DNA of 63,661 nucleotides, counting the filler, from Chiloscyllium plagiosum (taxonomy: Eukaryota), in NCBI RefSeq assembly GCF_004010195.1. It is 3 parts of one record of this genome, joined end to end, with 100 filler letters (N's around TTAATTAATTAA, not from the genome) between each part and the next. Parts side by side here need not be neighbours in the genome. Positions count along the whole stretch, not along the records: positions 1 to 29,310 come from NC_057714.1; 2 more parts are not named here. One strand, written 5' to 3'. The position numbers and the translations under genes are program-made. A model generated the notes under the pieces. That model saw only the letters and a program-made list of their open reading frames with translations, was not told where the DNA came from and ran no database searches. Positions 10,085 through 24,030 of this stretch are shown in pieces. How positions within the stretch are numbered: the first letter of the stretch is position 1; every line of letters begins with the position of its first letter.

Positions 10085-13000
10085 AATAAACAATTCTCGA
10101 CACTCCTTCTGTAACCTTCTTTTCCTATCACCCCCATAATGGGTAATAACAGGTTAACAATTTGATTGAAGTGTGACATTTTTCCAGAACTTAGATTACT
10201 CTTTACATGATCTCATTTTCTCCTCTTGATCGTCTAGGGGATCTGAATTAAAAAAAAACATTTATATAGGTCAGACCCAAACCTCTGAGATGTGTAAGTT
10301 CATCTTCTGTTCTTTTGGAACATTTCAAAGTTTTTTTCAATTGTATGAATACTATAGCACTTCAGCAAAATCAGTATTACGGGGGAAGACCTGCCAAGAG
10401 TGTGCATTTTAAAAGCTGATAAGTTAAAAAGACTCATCATTAAAGTTAGTGTTGAAACAATGGCAGCACCACCATTGTGAATATTGATTGAGACACTATT
10501 ATTCAAACCTGAAGAAAGCAAATTAATATAAGAAGTGGTTTTACAGTTCACACTCTTGATGAGGTGCTACTGCTGCTGGAAACACATTTAAGAAAATCCC
10601 ACCTCTCCATTAAAACTTCAGGTGCTGGATGAGCCTGAATTCATGAAATGAATTTTCAACATCATGAATGGAAAGTCATATGGGCATGGATAGATAGAGA
10701 ATATATTTTCCAATTTCATACTCCCAACTGGAAAAACTCCGTCATGGGTGCACGCAATTGGAAAAATAACCACAATCCTTGAATTTATGACTGCACGGAA
10801 AGTTTATCTCCGGCTGTCTATATGCTCCTTAAGGTATTGAGCGTGAATTATAAAAAAACACAAACAATATGCAGACAGCAAAGCTTACCCCAGCTCTAAC
10901 AAATTAATCCTCTGTGGTCAAATCCAACACCCCTCAATGATGTCATGGATATAAATCATTAAAAGTCATGAATGATTGTTACAGATTGAAATGTCATTCA
11001 AGTTTGATATTAATCAATTTTAAAAGATTTCTTTCTCAGCCACATACTTGGTCCATTTTGTTTTTCACTTCCTGTTTTTCAACTGGGCAATTCTTGGATT
11101 TTCTACCTTTATGATTTGAATTCTTTTTATGTTTTTCACACTATGCATAACATTGAACTCGCACTGTGCTTTGTTTGGTTAAATTTTTTTCTCAATTATT
11201 TTGACATTGCCACATAATTCTCAACTGAAACATCCTCAATCTTGAATTATTAATATCTATAGGCATCATTCTGATGAGGAGATCGGGGAGGAGTGTTTCC
11301 AGAATCTGTGAAAATGCTTTTAGAAATTACAGGAAGAGGCCTCAAATTGTTGTCGCTGAGGTAAAGTCAGTGTCATCTATTATGAACGAGATGATTGTGA
11401 GACCGGAAATTTATATTTCCCTTGGAGGCAGGTTTGTCCATCCTTCCTTATAAAACAGTGAATACAAAGGCAGTAGATTATTTAGTTGCCTCCTGCACAT
11501 GTTTGGGGGTAGCTGGACTACTGGCATGATCAGGTTTAAAACCTGAAAGTAGATCCACACTCATGAATTTTGGATGTCTGGAAGAGTCTGGCCTGAGTTG
11601 TTGGGTATGAAATTTTGCTTAGTCGCGTTAAGTATTTTTACAGAATGCATTCTTGGTTAAGATTCCAGAAATCCATTTCTCTAGTGAAACAACTGAGACC
11701 CATTGCCTGGCACCATCCCAGGTCTCTACTATTTCAGAAGTCTGGTTTCTAATTTGCCTACTTTAAGCTGGATTGGTTTTCTGCAGCACCCCACATGTAG
11801 TTCTTACCATGCAGCAACAACAAAAAAAGTTAGCATTTATGTGCCACCTTACAAACATCCCAGGACACTTTGCAGCAGTGCAAATCAAGCAAAAATTTAT
11901 GACAGTACTGACTGTATATAGAAGTGAAGGGCTGAAGTCCACCAAATATCTATATTTTTGTTGAGTTTCAGGAAGGATTTTTACTTCATTAACTGGGTGA
12001 CCTCACTATGGTGCCCTGCTTATCTCATGTTAGCCCACTTCTCCCACTTGCCAGAGGCAAACATACCTGCAAACATTTCCTGCTTTCATTATCCTGGTAG
12101 TATTCTAATTTACTAATTCTTTCCCAATATTGAATTTCCTCAATTCCCTACTACAGCATTCTGCCCAGTAACCACCACTCCCCCACTTTGACTTCATTTC
12201 GCTGATCCTCAAGACTGACTATAGCCTCACTGACTTTGACGGAGAGCCCTAAGTGGTGACTGACCAGACCCCTGACTGCTGTCAGTGCAGGTCCCAGACT
12301 GAAAAACCACAAATACTCTGACTATTTGCACACAATCTACAGGACCGACTCACTGTCCATTCCCTGGCTGTCCCAAGTGGATGACCAACTGTATCCAAAC
12401 CCTTGGACACATTGCGGAAGATGTTCTTACTTACTATGTCTGGATTCCCTGTCTGACAGCAGCCTTCTGGGTTAACTGTAACCTAGTCCACTTCAACCAC
12501 AAGACATGGCCATTTGGCTGAAGCAAAGTATTTGCCAAGTATGCTATTGGTGGATGCTGTAGGTGTGACATTGAGATAGGCTGGTGCTGCCAAGTAACAT
12601 GTCCATCTGCTTGACTGACATCCATAACAATGTGTCTGGATTTGTGTCTGCATTGAACAGCAAGACATGACAGAAGTACTGTGTGCATTTAAGGTGCAAC
12701 TGAGGGGGCAAAGGACCAAAAGGCAAGGCAAGAAGGATCCAAATCTCAAAAAAGATACGAAGTAACTAAGCACCAGGCAAGAGCATGCAAGTAGTTCTGA
12801 GATATACTGTAGTCCCAAATATGAGCTGGAGCTGTCAATCCCTTCATACAACCATTCTTGCTGTGACATTGGAATGAGAGATGTTGGTACACCCTGACAT
12901 TCATCACTAAAGCACCATAATCAGATTGAGATGTGTCATGATAATGCAGGCTGGTACATACTTGTGGACATTGGGTGTGTGTGGCCACTGTCCATGAATA

Positions 13001-13424
13001 TATCCTGAACTGGTGCCAGCTATTCAAAAATGAAAGTCCAGAGAGGCAAGCAGAGAGCTGCAGTCACCAGGTACCCACTGAGACTTCCAGGATGGATTTT
13101 CTTGGCATCCAGTTTCTCTGCAGTGGGCAGGTGGGAAAGTGCAGATTAATGAGGTGAGATAAGGCAGTAATGGGGATGATAATGATTGATAATCTATGCG
13201 AACCTGCCTATTGCCCTCAACCGCGAGAGTCTCATCTCTCCATCCAACATCTCTCTGAAAATTGGGACTTTTGATCTCAATGGTGAAAAGGCTGATATAT
13301 CAGGTGATACACCCACCTTTCTTGTCACGGGCCACATCATTCAAGGGATGGGAAGGTTCAATACATAGAATAATATCCCAAAGCTTTATAGTAGTATAAA
13401 CAGAGAAAAATGGATACTGAACCC

Positions 13425-14320
13425 AGAAGTAGGAGGAGCTAGAGGAACAACAGCTCATCTTCCAGCTAGGTATCTTATAGCCTTCAGGACTGAGTGTTGT
13501 GAATAACAATTTCAGAATGTGAACATCTCTCTTCATGTTGGTTATCCCTCCCATATCCCTGGCTCCTATTTTGCCTGGATTGCTCACAACAAAGCCGGCC
13601 CATTTCAAATCATTTGCACTTCTCATTTATTAAAAATCATTTATTTCTCTGATGGCTCATCATCAGCAACCTCTTTGTTTGTCTATCCCTTTTCTCACGC
13701 TCTCACTTTCTCTGGACAGCACCTCCATCTTCTTGATTCACTTGTGGGATGTGGGCGATGCTGGCTGGGCAGCATTTATTGCCCATCCTTAGTTGTCCTT
13801 GAGAAGATGGTGGTGACCTGCCTTCTTGAACTGCAGCAGTCTATGTGCTGTGGGTAGACCCACAATGCTATGAGGGTGAGAGCTGCAGGATTTTGATCCA
13901 GCATCAGTGAAGGTACAGTAATATTTTTCCAAGTCAGGATAGTGAGTAGCTTGGAGGGGAACGTGAAGATGGTGATGTTCCCATGCATCTGCTTCCCTTG
14001 TCCTTCTAGATGGGTGGGCTTAGAAGATCCTGGGTGAAGAACCTTGGTAAATTTTTGCAGTGCAACTTATAAATAGCACACTTTGCTGCTACTGAGCACT
14101 GGTGATTGACAGCATGGATGCTTGTGGATGTGGTCACTCCCACGAACTCTATTCACTTCTCTGCGTATCGCACTGCATCATCCACATAAATACTACTCTT
14201 TCCCATCTATTTCCAGTTCTGACAAAGGGTTGCTGAACTTGAAACATTAACTCTGTTTCTCCGTCCACAGATGCTGCCAGACGTGCTGAGAATCTCCAGC
14301 AATTTCTGCTTTTGTTTCCA
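13425..14320 (+). mobile_element. PLE endonuclease C-terminus + 3' region + family C terminus, interrupted by a LINE
   Basis: 13438-13520 reads LEEQQLIFQLGIL*PSGLSVVNNNFR (PLE GIY-YIG end); degenerate hammerhead gttctgacaaagggttgctgaacttgaaacattaac at ~14216-14251. Confidence 0.6.
13732..14135 (-). mobile_element. LINE 3' fragment (second family, CR1/L2 group)
   Basis: gctggctgggcagcatttattgcccatcc...gagaagatggtggtgacctgccttcttgaac; same family at 26040-27030, 33520-33850 and 59400-60370. Confidence 0.75.
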
Positions 14321-14769
14321 ACAAGCAAAATGTACAAAAGAACGATCTTTAAAGGGAGTGGTGTTTTTGAGAGGAACTCCAAAGCACAATTCCAAAGCAG
14401 AAATTAGTGCCCATGAGATCACAGTCAGAGGACAATACGGTTCAATATAGCTGGGGGAGGGGAGAGCTATAGGAAGGGAAGCTACGAAGAGTTTTAAACA
14501 AGAGAATGAGGATTTTATATCTGGAAGGAAGGGGCAAAGAAAGAATACAGGGGATGGTCATTGTCGTAGCATGTACTGACATAATATTAAGACTTTAGAA
14601 TCATCAAGGTTAAGATCAGATGTGAACTCATTATCCATAAACTAAAACACTTAGTTTCATGCCTGAGGAAGTGAGGGATTTTGTGAAGAATTCCAGTCAT
14701 TGAGTAGTAACAGGCTTGTGAAATCCAAGACCCTTCAGAGCAGCAGATTCCCAGCAAAGGCAATCAACT

Positions 14770-14985
14770 TGGCACTACCTGGAACTCACTGCTTGAAAAG
14801 AGAGTGGAAGCGGGAACCTTTACCAACCTTTAAGAAGTATTTAGATGAAGATTTGAATTGCCATAGCAAACAAGACTCCAAGCCAAGCACTGGAAAATGG
14901 GATTACAGTTATTGTGTACTCGATCATTGGCACAGACACAATGAGCTGAAGGGTCTTTTTCTGCGTTGTAAAACCCTACAGTTCT
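14770..14985 (+). mobile_element. CR1 LINE extreme 3' end (old)
   Basis: ctggaactcactgc...tttaagaagtatttagatg (WNSL...FKKYLD) followed by 3'UTR-like sequence. Confidence 0.65.
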
Positions 14986-15984
14986 ATATCAGCAGAGGGA
15001 AGCAGAGCATGCGAACACAAAAGAAAACAAGTTGTGTTTTGAGTCAAGAAGAAAACCAGTCAGAACATCAACACAGCAAAGACCTATGGGAAAAAAGATG
15101 TCCAGCACACACTGATCGCAGAGATTAATTGAGGGTATGTGAAAAGCTTTGATCTGAGCATTGTTTTGACAGTTTGAGGTTTGTATCTTTCCATGCTGTA
15201 TTCTTATGCGGTTTAGGAAATTAGATTTTATTGCATAAACAGAAAATGTTTGTTCCCAAACACTAATCTGCCCATGGTGATAACAGTGCTCTAGTGGATT
15301 TAAAAATGGTAAAACTTTCTCTAGTTATTCAGCTCTTCGAGAATTTATGCAGTGTTTTGCTAACAGCACAAATTGATTTTAAATGTGCTTTGGGTGAGAT
15401 GAAAGGAAGGATCTGAATCGTTGTAAGATTTTTTTTGGTGAAGCCTTTATTGTCCATCCTCTAATTGCAATTAAGACTCAACTTGCTGGGGGGGGGGGGC
15501 TGGAGTCAATGTCCCAAAAGGACATGAGTAAACTAGCTGGACTGTTAATACAATTCACTGCAGTTATATGGTCACCTGTAACTTCTGATTGAATCTTGGA
15601 GGTCTGTGTTATCAGTTTACCTTGCACTACACTGGAGTCCTGCGGATAATTGCCTGAAGGGGCGAAAAGTGAGGACTAACTAATTTCAGGATTTCATTTT
15701 AAATCAATGGGAAAATAAGGGAACTTCAATAAAATTAATGAAAAAATCATTCTGCTTTTATTCGCAGTGGTGCCCCTGACTGTTTAGGATTGCGTGCTTC
15801 AGTGGGGACCCCATCCTTTGGTGGAAAATGACAGCCAGATACAGTACCTGTAGGATCAAGAACAGTCACTTTAATCTGCACAATTAAAGAAAACTCGTTA
15901 AGTAAAATGACCCAGCAGTACCATCTACCAAAACTAACAATCCATTATTAGCTTCTAACCTATTCCAGGCTTCCCCATTTACCA

Positions 15985-16450
15985 AGATGTTGTTTGGGCT
16001 GGTGACTTTCAGTCATGACGAGGGAATGGACAGATTGGGATTGTTTTCCTTGGAGCAAAGGCAATTGAGTGTGGACATGACTGAGATGCATCAAATTATG
16101 AGGGGCATGGATCAGGCAGACAGGAAGAAATGTTTTCCCTTGATGGAAGGGATCAATGACAAGGAGACAGAGACATAAGGTCAGAGGCAGAAGTTTATAA
16201 TGAAAAGCTTTTTAACACAGAGGGTGGTGGGGGAATCTGGAACTCACTGCCTGTAAGGATGGTAGGGGCAGAATGCCTCATAATGTTTAAAAAGTATTTC
16301 AACATACACTTGTGATGCCAAGGTATACAAGCCTATACAAGAGTGCTGGGAAATGGGATTAGAATAGTTAGGTTGTTGATTTTAACCAAAGTGGATGCAA
16401 TGCACCAAAGGAATTTTTTTATGTTGTAGATCTGTCTGAGTCTATGACTC
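15985..16450 (+). mobile_element. CR1 LINE 3' fragment
   Basis: MDRLGLFSLEQRQLSVDMTEMHQIMRGMD; tail gagtctatgactc. Confidence 0.85.
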
Positions 16451-17042
16451 CAAGAGTCAGTCTGCGAGTCATACAGGTCCCAAGGATTTGCAACAGGTAC
16501 AAAGACAATCCCTCCTCAAAGTAACTGAACAGGGTAAGTTAGGGCCACAAAGTGCCACCACATTTGTGACTGCCACAGGGAACACTCAAATGCAGAGAAA
16601 ACACTACCCAATTTAAGATCCAGTCAACTGGTGAGTGTCTACCAGAGGATGGATATATCTAAAGGCATCCAGGAGAGTCAGTTGGAAAGGAGAGACTGAA
16701 GGATTTCACAGTCAAATGCTGACACCAGAACCTAAAACTCAAATACACTATTAAACCCACTGCCCAAAGAGCAGCTGGAAGAGATTGGCACACAGCTCAG
16801 GAAACGGAAAGAAATCTAAACGGATTGGCCATGATATGCCCCAGTAATAATCAATAATGTGGTCAGAAGAGACCCCTCCACCAATCAATCAAACTTCCTA
16901 TCAGCGTATCACCCTCAGAACCAGGGAGAGGTTAAAATAATATCAAAAAACCCTGAAAATCAAAGCCAGGAGGCATCGGCTATCCTCCTGCAAGCTGAGA
17001 GTTTGTCTTCTTTTTGTTTCTCTTCTTTGGAATGAATAAGAA

Positions 17043-17638
17043 AATGGGCTAATTTTGACGGTATTAGGCAAGAACTTTCAAAAGTTGATTGGGAACAGAT
17101 GTTCACAGGTAAACAGATGGCTGGAAAATGGGAAGCCTTCAGAAATGAGATAACGAGAATCCAGAGAAAGTATATTCCTGTTAGGGTGAAAGGACAGGCT
17201 GGTAGGTATAGGGATGATGAGAGAAATTTGGGGGTTTGGTTAAGTAAAAGAAAGAAGCATATATCAGGTATAGATAGGATAGATCGAGTGAATCCTTAGA
17301 AGAGTATAAAGGCACTAAGTGTATACTTAAGAGGGAAATCAGGAGGGCAAAAAGGGAACATAAGATGGCTTTGGCAAATAGTGTTAGGGAGAATCCAAAG
17401 AGTTTTTACAAATACATTAAGGACAAAAGGGTAACTAGGGAGAGAATAGGGTCCCTCAAAGATCAGCAAGGCAGCCTTTGTGTGGAACCGCAGGAGATGG
17501 GGGAGATACTAAATGAGTACTTTGCATCAGTGTTTACTGTGGAGAAGAACATGGAAGATATAGACTGTAGGGAAACAGATGATGACATGTCCGTGAAAAA
17601 TGTCCATATTACAGAAGAGGAAGTGCTGGATGTCTTGA
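17043..17638 (+). mobile_element. CR1 ORF2 internal fragment (EN-RT linker)
   Basis: WEAFRNEI, ENPKSFYKYIKDKR, EMGEILNEYFASVFT. Confidence 0.9.
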
Positions 17639-17639
17639 T

Positions 17640-18168
17640 ATCCCTCACGAGGTCAGATCACCAGGAGTAATCCAGATATTACTACTCTCAAGGACCTCCT
17701 TTTTTAATTTCTGCCTAACTCTCTGTAATCTCCCTTCAGAATCTCAACCTTTTCCCTTCCTATGTCGTTGGTTCCAATGTGGACAATGACCTCTTGCTGG
17801 CCCCTCTCCCCTGNNNNNNNNNNNNNNNNNNNNNNNNNNNNNNNNNNNNNNNNNNNNNNNNNNNNNNNNNNNNNNNNNNNNNNNNNNNNNNNNNNNNNNN
17901 NNNNNNNNNNNNNNNNNNNNNNNNNNNNNNNNNNNNNNNNNNNNNNNNTGTCTCTCCAACCGATCCATTTGATCTGAATAAATTCGCAGCATTTATGGCA
18001 GATATAATCCGCAGTAACCCTTAAACTTTCTTTAAACTCCCACATCTGACAAGAAGTACATATCACTCTATTAAAGGCCATTTATGCTCCTTCACAATCT
18101 ACAGACCCAGAAAATAACACCGTCTTATTCCTCTACAAACATTGCCCCAGGTTAAATTAATAGTTATA
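17640..18168 (-). mobile_element. CR1 5'UTR/ORF1 fragment, inverted, spans N gap 17814-17948
   Basis: MAFNRVICTSCQMWE...YICHKC (CxxC pairs) and VIVHIGTNDIG (SGNH esterase block). Confidence 0.85.
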
Positions 18169-18883
18169 AGAGACCTTGGAGTGCAGGTTCACAGCTCCTT
18201 GAAAGTGGAGTCGCAGGTAGATAGGATAGTGAAGAAGGTGTTTGGTATGCTTTCCTTTATTGGTCAGAGTATTAAGTACAGGAGTTGGGAGGTCATGTTG
18301 TGGCTGTGCAGGACATTGGTTAGGCCACAATTGGAATATTGCGTGCAATTCTGGTCTCCTTCATATTGGAAGAATGTTGTGAAACTTGAAAGGGTTCAGA
18401 AAAGACTTACAAGGATGTTGCCGGGGTTGGAAGATTTGTTCTATAAGGAGAAACCGAACAGGCTGGGGCTGTTTTCCCTGGAGCGTCGGAGGCTGAACGA
18501 TGACCTGAAAGAGGTTTATAAAATTATGAGGGGCATGGATAAGATAAATAGACAAAGTGTTTTCCCTGGGGTGATGGAGTCCAGAATTGGAGGGCATAGG
18601 TTTAGGGTGAGAGGGGAAAGATATAAAAAGGACCTAAGGGGCAACGTTTTCACACAGAGGGTGGTACGTCTATGGAATGAGCTGCCAGAGGAAGTGGTGG
18701 AGGCTGGTACAATTGCAACATTTAAAAGGCATCTGGATGGGTATATGAATAGGAAGGTTTTGGAGGGATATGAGCTGAGTGCTGGCAGGTGTGACTAGAT
18801 TGGGTTGGGATATCTGGTCAACATGGACGAGTTGGACAGAAGGGATTTTTTTCTGTGCTGTACATCTCTATGACTCTATGACT
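18169..18883 (+). mobile_element. CR1 ORF2 C-terminus (open to 18798) and 3' tail
   Basis: RDLGVQVHSSLKV...LVRPQLEYCVQFWSP...WNELPEEVVEA; tail ctctatgactctatgact. Confidence 0.95.
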
Positions 18884-19519
18884 GTACACCTCCAGACTTC
18901 TTTTTCTATCTTTCCTACTCTGACACGATTGTTAAAAAAAAGGAATTCAGTTTTTGTTCCCACCACGGATGAATGTGTGTGATTGCCAGACATCATAAAG
19001 AGAAATCTCAAAGAAATCAATATTTTCCTTGAAACATCTGTGCTTAAATTCTGATAAAAATTGAGTCATAAAATGAATAAGGCTGCTCATAACGGGGCTG
19101 GAGACAAGCTGTTTGTAACCAGTTACCTCAGGACAAAGGAAAACATCCAGCCACAATACACTAAAATGGGGGTCAATGCTTTTATAGTTGCCTCAGCTAT
19201 CACTGAGATGGGCTAATCCCTCTCCTTCTCACACGACTGAACTCAGAGCTGGTTGACCGACTTAAATATACAGTTAGAGCATGGAACATAGAAACATACA
19301 GGACAGAACAAGCCCTTCAGTCCATGATGTTGTGTCGAGGATTATTCCTAATCTAAAATAAAATAACCTAACCTATGCACCCCTTGATTCACTGCTGTGC
19401 ATTTGCCTGTCCAGCAGTCAATCAAATGTCCCTAATGACTCTGCTTCCACCACCACCGCTGGCAACGCATTCCATGCATTCACAACTCTCTGCATAAAGA
19501 ACTTACCTCTGACATCTCC

Positions 19520-19842
19520 ACGGCAACCACTGCACAGTGGTTCAGTGGTTAGCACTGCTGCCTCACAGCACCAGGGTCCCAGGTTTGATTCCAGTCTCGG
19601 GTAACTGTTGTGTGGAGTTTGCACATTCTCTCAGTGTCTGCGTGGGTTTCCTCCGGGTGTTCCGGTTTCCTCCCACAGTCCAAAAATGTGCAGGTTAGGT
19701 GTATTGGCCATGCTAAATTGTCTGTACTGTTAGGTGAAGGGGTAAATGTAGGGGAATGGGTCTGGGTGGGTTGCGCTTCGGCAGGTCGGTATGGTCTGTT
19801 GTGCTGAAGGGCCTGTTTCCAGACTGTAAGTAATCTAATCTA
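19520..19842 (+). mobile_element. HE1-type V-SINE nested in CR1
   Basis: tRNA-like head tggttcagtggttagcactgctgcctcacag, V-domain gtggagtttgcacattctc...ggtttcctccggg, tail gtaagtaatctaatcta. Confidence 0.92.
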
Positions 19843-20186
19843 TACCTTCCTCCTAATATCTTAAAACTATGACCCCTCATGCCAGTCAATCCTGCCCCTG
19901 GGGAAATGTCTCTGGCTATTGACTCCACTCATGCCTCCCATTACCTTGCATACCTCAATCAGGTCACTTCTCTTCCTCCTTCTCTCCAGAGAGAAAAGTG
20001 CAAGCTTAGTCAACCTCTCCTCATAAGACAAGCTCTCCAGTGCAGGCAGCATCCTGGTAAACTCTCTCCAAAGCCTCCGTATCTTTTCTAGAATAGAGCG
20101 GCCAGAACTGGACACAATATTCCAAGTGTGGTCTCACCAGGGTCTTGTAGAGCTGCAGTAAAACCTCATGGCTCTTAAACTTGATC

Positions 20187-20251
20187 TACTGCGCTTTTCC
20201 AGCAACACATTTTCAGCTCTGATCTCCAGCATCTGCAGTCCTCACTTTCTC
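20187..20251 (+). mobile_element. 65-bp PLE-terminus insertion in CR1 RT with 15-bp TSD
   Basis: Flanked by ctcttaaacttgatc at 20172-20186 and 20252-20266; ends ccagcatctgcagtcctcactttctc, resembling family B termini. Confidence 0.8.
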
Positions 20252-22439
20252 CTCTTAAACTTGATCCCCCTGTTAATGAAAGCCAAAACACCATATGCTT
20301 TCTTAACAACCCTATCCACTTGGGTGGCAACTTTGAGGGATTTATGCACTTGAACACCATGATCCCTCTGTTCCTCCACACTGACAAGAATCCTGTCTTT
20401 AATCCTACATTCAGCATTTAAATTTGATCTTCCAAAATTCATCATTTCACATTTATCCAAATTGAACTCTATCTGCCATTTCTCAGCCCAGCTCTTCATC
20501 CTGTCTATGTCGCGCTGCAGCCTGCAATAGCCCTCGATACTATCAACGGCACCTCCAATCTTTGTGTCTTCGGCAAATTTACTAACCCACCCCTCAACCT
20601 CTTTATCCAAGCCATTTATAAAACTACAAAGAGCAGAGGCCCAAGAACAGAGTCCTGCAGGACACCACTCACCACTGACCTCCAGGCAGAATAATTTCCA
20701 TCCTCAACCACTCTCTGCCTTCTGTCAGCCAACCAATTCTGAATCCAAACAGCCAAATCTCCCTGTATCCCATTTGTCCTGACATTACGAATGAGCCTAC
20801 TATGGAGAACCTTATCAAATACCTTGCTGAAGTCCATATATACCACATCCGCTGCTCGACCTTCGTCGACCTGTGTTGTCACCTCCTCAAAGAACTCAAT
20901 AAGATCTGTGAGGCATGACCTGCCCCTCACAAAGCCATGCTGACTCCCGGAGAGTGTGAGGAAGCCAAGATCTTTACCAGAGGCTTAGCAACCTCCTTTC
21001 TTGTAAGCTAGGATAAATTGGGCTGGCCTTGGGGACTTAGCAATCTTAATGTTTGCCAAAAGTTCCAGCATATCTACTTCTTCAATCTTGATCTGTTCAA
21101 GCTTGTTTCCCAGCCCCTCAAAGTTCTGATTCACAAAAAGGGCCCTTTCTTTAGTGAAACCCAAAGCAAAAAACTCATTTAGGGCTTCCCCATCTGCTCA
21201 GACTCCACGCTCAAGTTCCCTCCTCTAACCCTGACCGGCCCTACCTCCTCCCTGATCATTCTCTTATTCCTCATATATGAGTAAAATGCCTTTGGGTTCT
21301 CCCTAATCCTTCCTGCCAAACCTTTCTCGTGACCCCTCCTGGCTCTCCTCAGTCCATTTCTGAGCTCCTTAATAGTAAGCCTGTAATCCTCTAAAGCTGT
21401 GCTAGATCCTTGCTTCCTACACTTTACATAAGGTGCCTTCTTCCTTTTGACAAGAAGCTCCTCTGTTCTCGTCATCCAAGGTTCCTTAATCTTACCCGTT
21501 TTGCCTGTCTCAGAGAAACAAATTTGTACATCACTCCAACAACTGCACCTTAAACAGTCTCCACATGTCTGTTGTGCCCTTCCTATGGAACAATTGCTCC
21601 CAATCTATTCTTCCCAACTCCTGTCTGATAGCGTCATAATTTCCTTTTCCCCTATTAAATATCTTCCATTGGTAACTGCTCCTTTCCCTCTCCAAGGCTA
21701 TGGTAAATGTGAGGCAGTTGTGGTCACTGTCACCAAAGTGCTCTCCCACTGCGAGATCTGACACCTGTCCTGGCTTGTTGCCGAGCACCAAATCCAAAAT
21801 GGCCTCTCCCCTCGTCGGCCTGTTTACATACTGAGTAAGGAAACCCTCCTGAACATACCTGACAAAAACAGCTCTATCCAAACCATCTGCACTAAGGAGT
21901 TTCCAGTCATTATTGGGAAAGTTGAAGTCACCCATAACAACAACCCTGCTACATCTACATTGTTCCAAAATCTGCCAGCCAATGAGTTTTCAATCTCCCT
22001 ACTGCTATTAGGTGGTCTGTAGAAAACCGCCAATGTGGTGGCTGTTCCCTTGCTGTTCCTAACTTCCACCATACTGACTCAGTGGACAAACCTTCCTCAA
22101 CAAACTTTGTTTCTATAGCTGTGATGCACTCTCTGATTAGCAATGCTACACCCTCTCGTCTTTTTCCACCCTCCCTGTTCTTTTGAAAGTTCTGAACCCT
22201 GAAACATCAGCAAGCAAATTCTGCCCCACGTCTCCGTTATGGCCACAACATCATCGTCCCAAGTGCTAATCCATGATCTAAGTTTATCACTCTATTTTCT
22301 GACTCTCTTTAACCGACCACTTTAACCGATCCCATCATGTGAAAAACCATCCCGATAGGTTCACTATATCCTGTCACTGCTCCATCTACAACTACCCCCC
22401 ACTCAGATATGTAACTCTGATTCACACCCCCTTGCCAAA

Positions 22440-23375
22440 CTAGTTTAAACCCTCCTGAACCACACAAGCAAATCTCGCACCCAGGATATTTGTGCCCCTC
22501 CAGTTCTGGTGCAACCCGTCCTTCATGTACAGGTCCCACCTTCCCCAGAAGGCATCCCAATGGTCTAAGTATCTGAAGCCCTCCCTCCTGTACCAGCCGT
22601 GCAGCCGTGTGTTAAGCTGCACTCGCTGACTGTTCCTCACCTCACTGTCTCATGGCACCGGTCGCAAACCTAAGAATACTACTCTACTCATCCTGGTCTT
22701 CAGCTTCCAACCTAGTTCTCTGTAGTCACATTTTAGATCCTCAATCCCTTTCCCAGCTATATCATTGGTGCCAATATGTACCACGATTTCTGGCTGCTCA
22801 CCCTCCCCCTTCAGAATCCTGTAAACCTGGTCGGCGACATCCCGGATCCTGGCACTGGGGAGGCAACATGTCTTCCAGGAGTCCCGTTCGTGATCACAAA
22901 ATCTCCTGTCAATCCGTTTAACTATTGAGTCCCCTACCACTAGCGCTTTTCTATTCTCCTCCCTTCCCTTCTGAGCCATAGTGTAAGGTTCAGTGCCAGA
23001 GACCAGACAACTACGGCTTCCCCCTGGTAGGCCATCCCCACCAGCAGTATCCAAAACAGTATGCTTATTGCTGAGGGGAATGGCCACAGGGGATCCCTGC
23101 TCTGTCTGTTGGTTCCCTTTCCTCCCCCTGACTGTAACCCAGCTGTCCTTATCCTGCGTCTGAGGAGTGACCATCTCCCTGTACATCCTCTCAATTTCTC
23201 CCTCAGCCTCCCCGATGATCTGCATTTCATCCAGTTCCAGCTCCAGATCCCTAACTCAGTTTTCGAGGAGCTGGAGTTGGATGCACTTCCCGCAGATGTG
23301 TTCGGCAAAGACATGTATCATGTCTCTCACCTGCCACATTCTACAGGAGGAACATGCAACTGCCTTATCAGCCAT
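22440..23375 (-). pseudogene. CR1 ORF1 (CxxC zinc knuckle, coiled coil, SGNH esterase), disrupted
   Basis: ATG at 23375: MADKAVACSSC...ICGKCIQLQLLEN*VRDLELELDE; VGDSIVK, HIGTNDI, KDGLH. Confidence 0.9.
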
Positions 23376-24030
23376 ACTCTGCTAATCGGAAAGCCCATAC
23401 AGAACTAAACAAGGAAAAGAAAAAAAGAAAGGAAAAGAGAAAACCTGAAAACTGACTGAGTTTACAGGCTCTTAGAGGAGATGGGTGGGAGGGAGGCCCT
23501 ACGGTGAAGGGTCTCGGGTTTAGATCTCACCCACTTAAAAACTTCCCAGCAGCCCTCATTTCTCTCCGCCCTCTCTCCTCGCTGCTCTGTTCAAAATGGA
23601 GGCCCGACTCTCAAGGTAAGTCCCTTTTTAAGTGGGAAAAACTGACCCAGCCAGCAGTTCTCATTTCTCTCCACCCTCTCTCCTCGCCAGTTCTGAGATT
23701 CTAAATCACATGCTGTTTGACCTCCAGAGAAAAAGCAGGACTTCACACTGAGATTGGAGCCTTTCTTTTTAAACATTCTCTTGTGGCACGTGAGCATCGC
23801 AGACTGGGCAGCATTTATGGCCTGTCCCTAGCTTCATAGATTCAGATTCATTGATTCATGAAGAAAAGGTCCTTCAGTCCATCAAGTCTGCACCTACATA
23901 ACTACCGTTAAAGGTGCACGAATCCCAGTTTCCTGCACTTGTCCCATATCCTTGATTGTTATCAAACTTGAAGTGTTCATCCAAATACTTCTTAAAGATT
24001 ATAAGATTTCTGGCCTCCACTACTTTTCCA

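Larger units (their letters stand above)
19400..22300 (-). pseudogene. CR1 ORF2 (APE endonuclease + reverse transcriptase), frameshifted
   Basis: YRPPNS, VVMGDFNFPN, ILDLVLGN, GDSDHN (APE); RSCLTDLIEFF, VVYMDFSKVFDKV, SVLGPLLF, KFAEDTKIGG (RT). Confidence 0.92.
19275..23700 (-). mobile_element. Near full-length degenerate CR1 LINE
   Basis: 5'UTR, ORF1, ORF2 (APE + RT) and (tgttcta)-type tail are collinear on the minus strand; two younger insertions lie inside. Confidence 0.95.

Noticed and set aside
11263..11360. Possible 98-bp exon (tatag|...GCTGAG|gtaaag)
   Set aside because: Weak pyrimidine tract and an unrecognisable peptide; indistinguishable from chance
16450..16980. Possible decayed non-LTR (Tx1-like) coding relic
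   Set aside because: Too degenerate to support any motif
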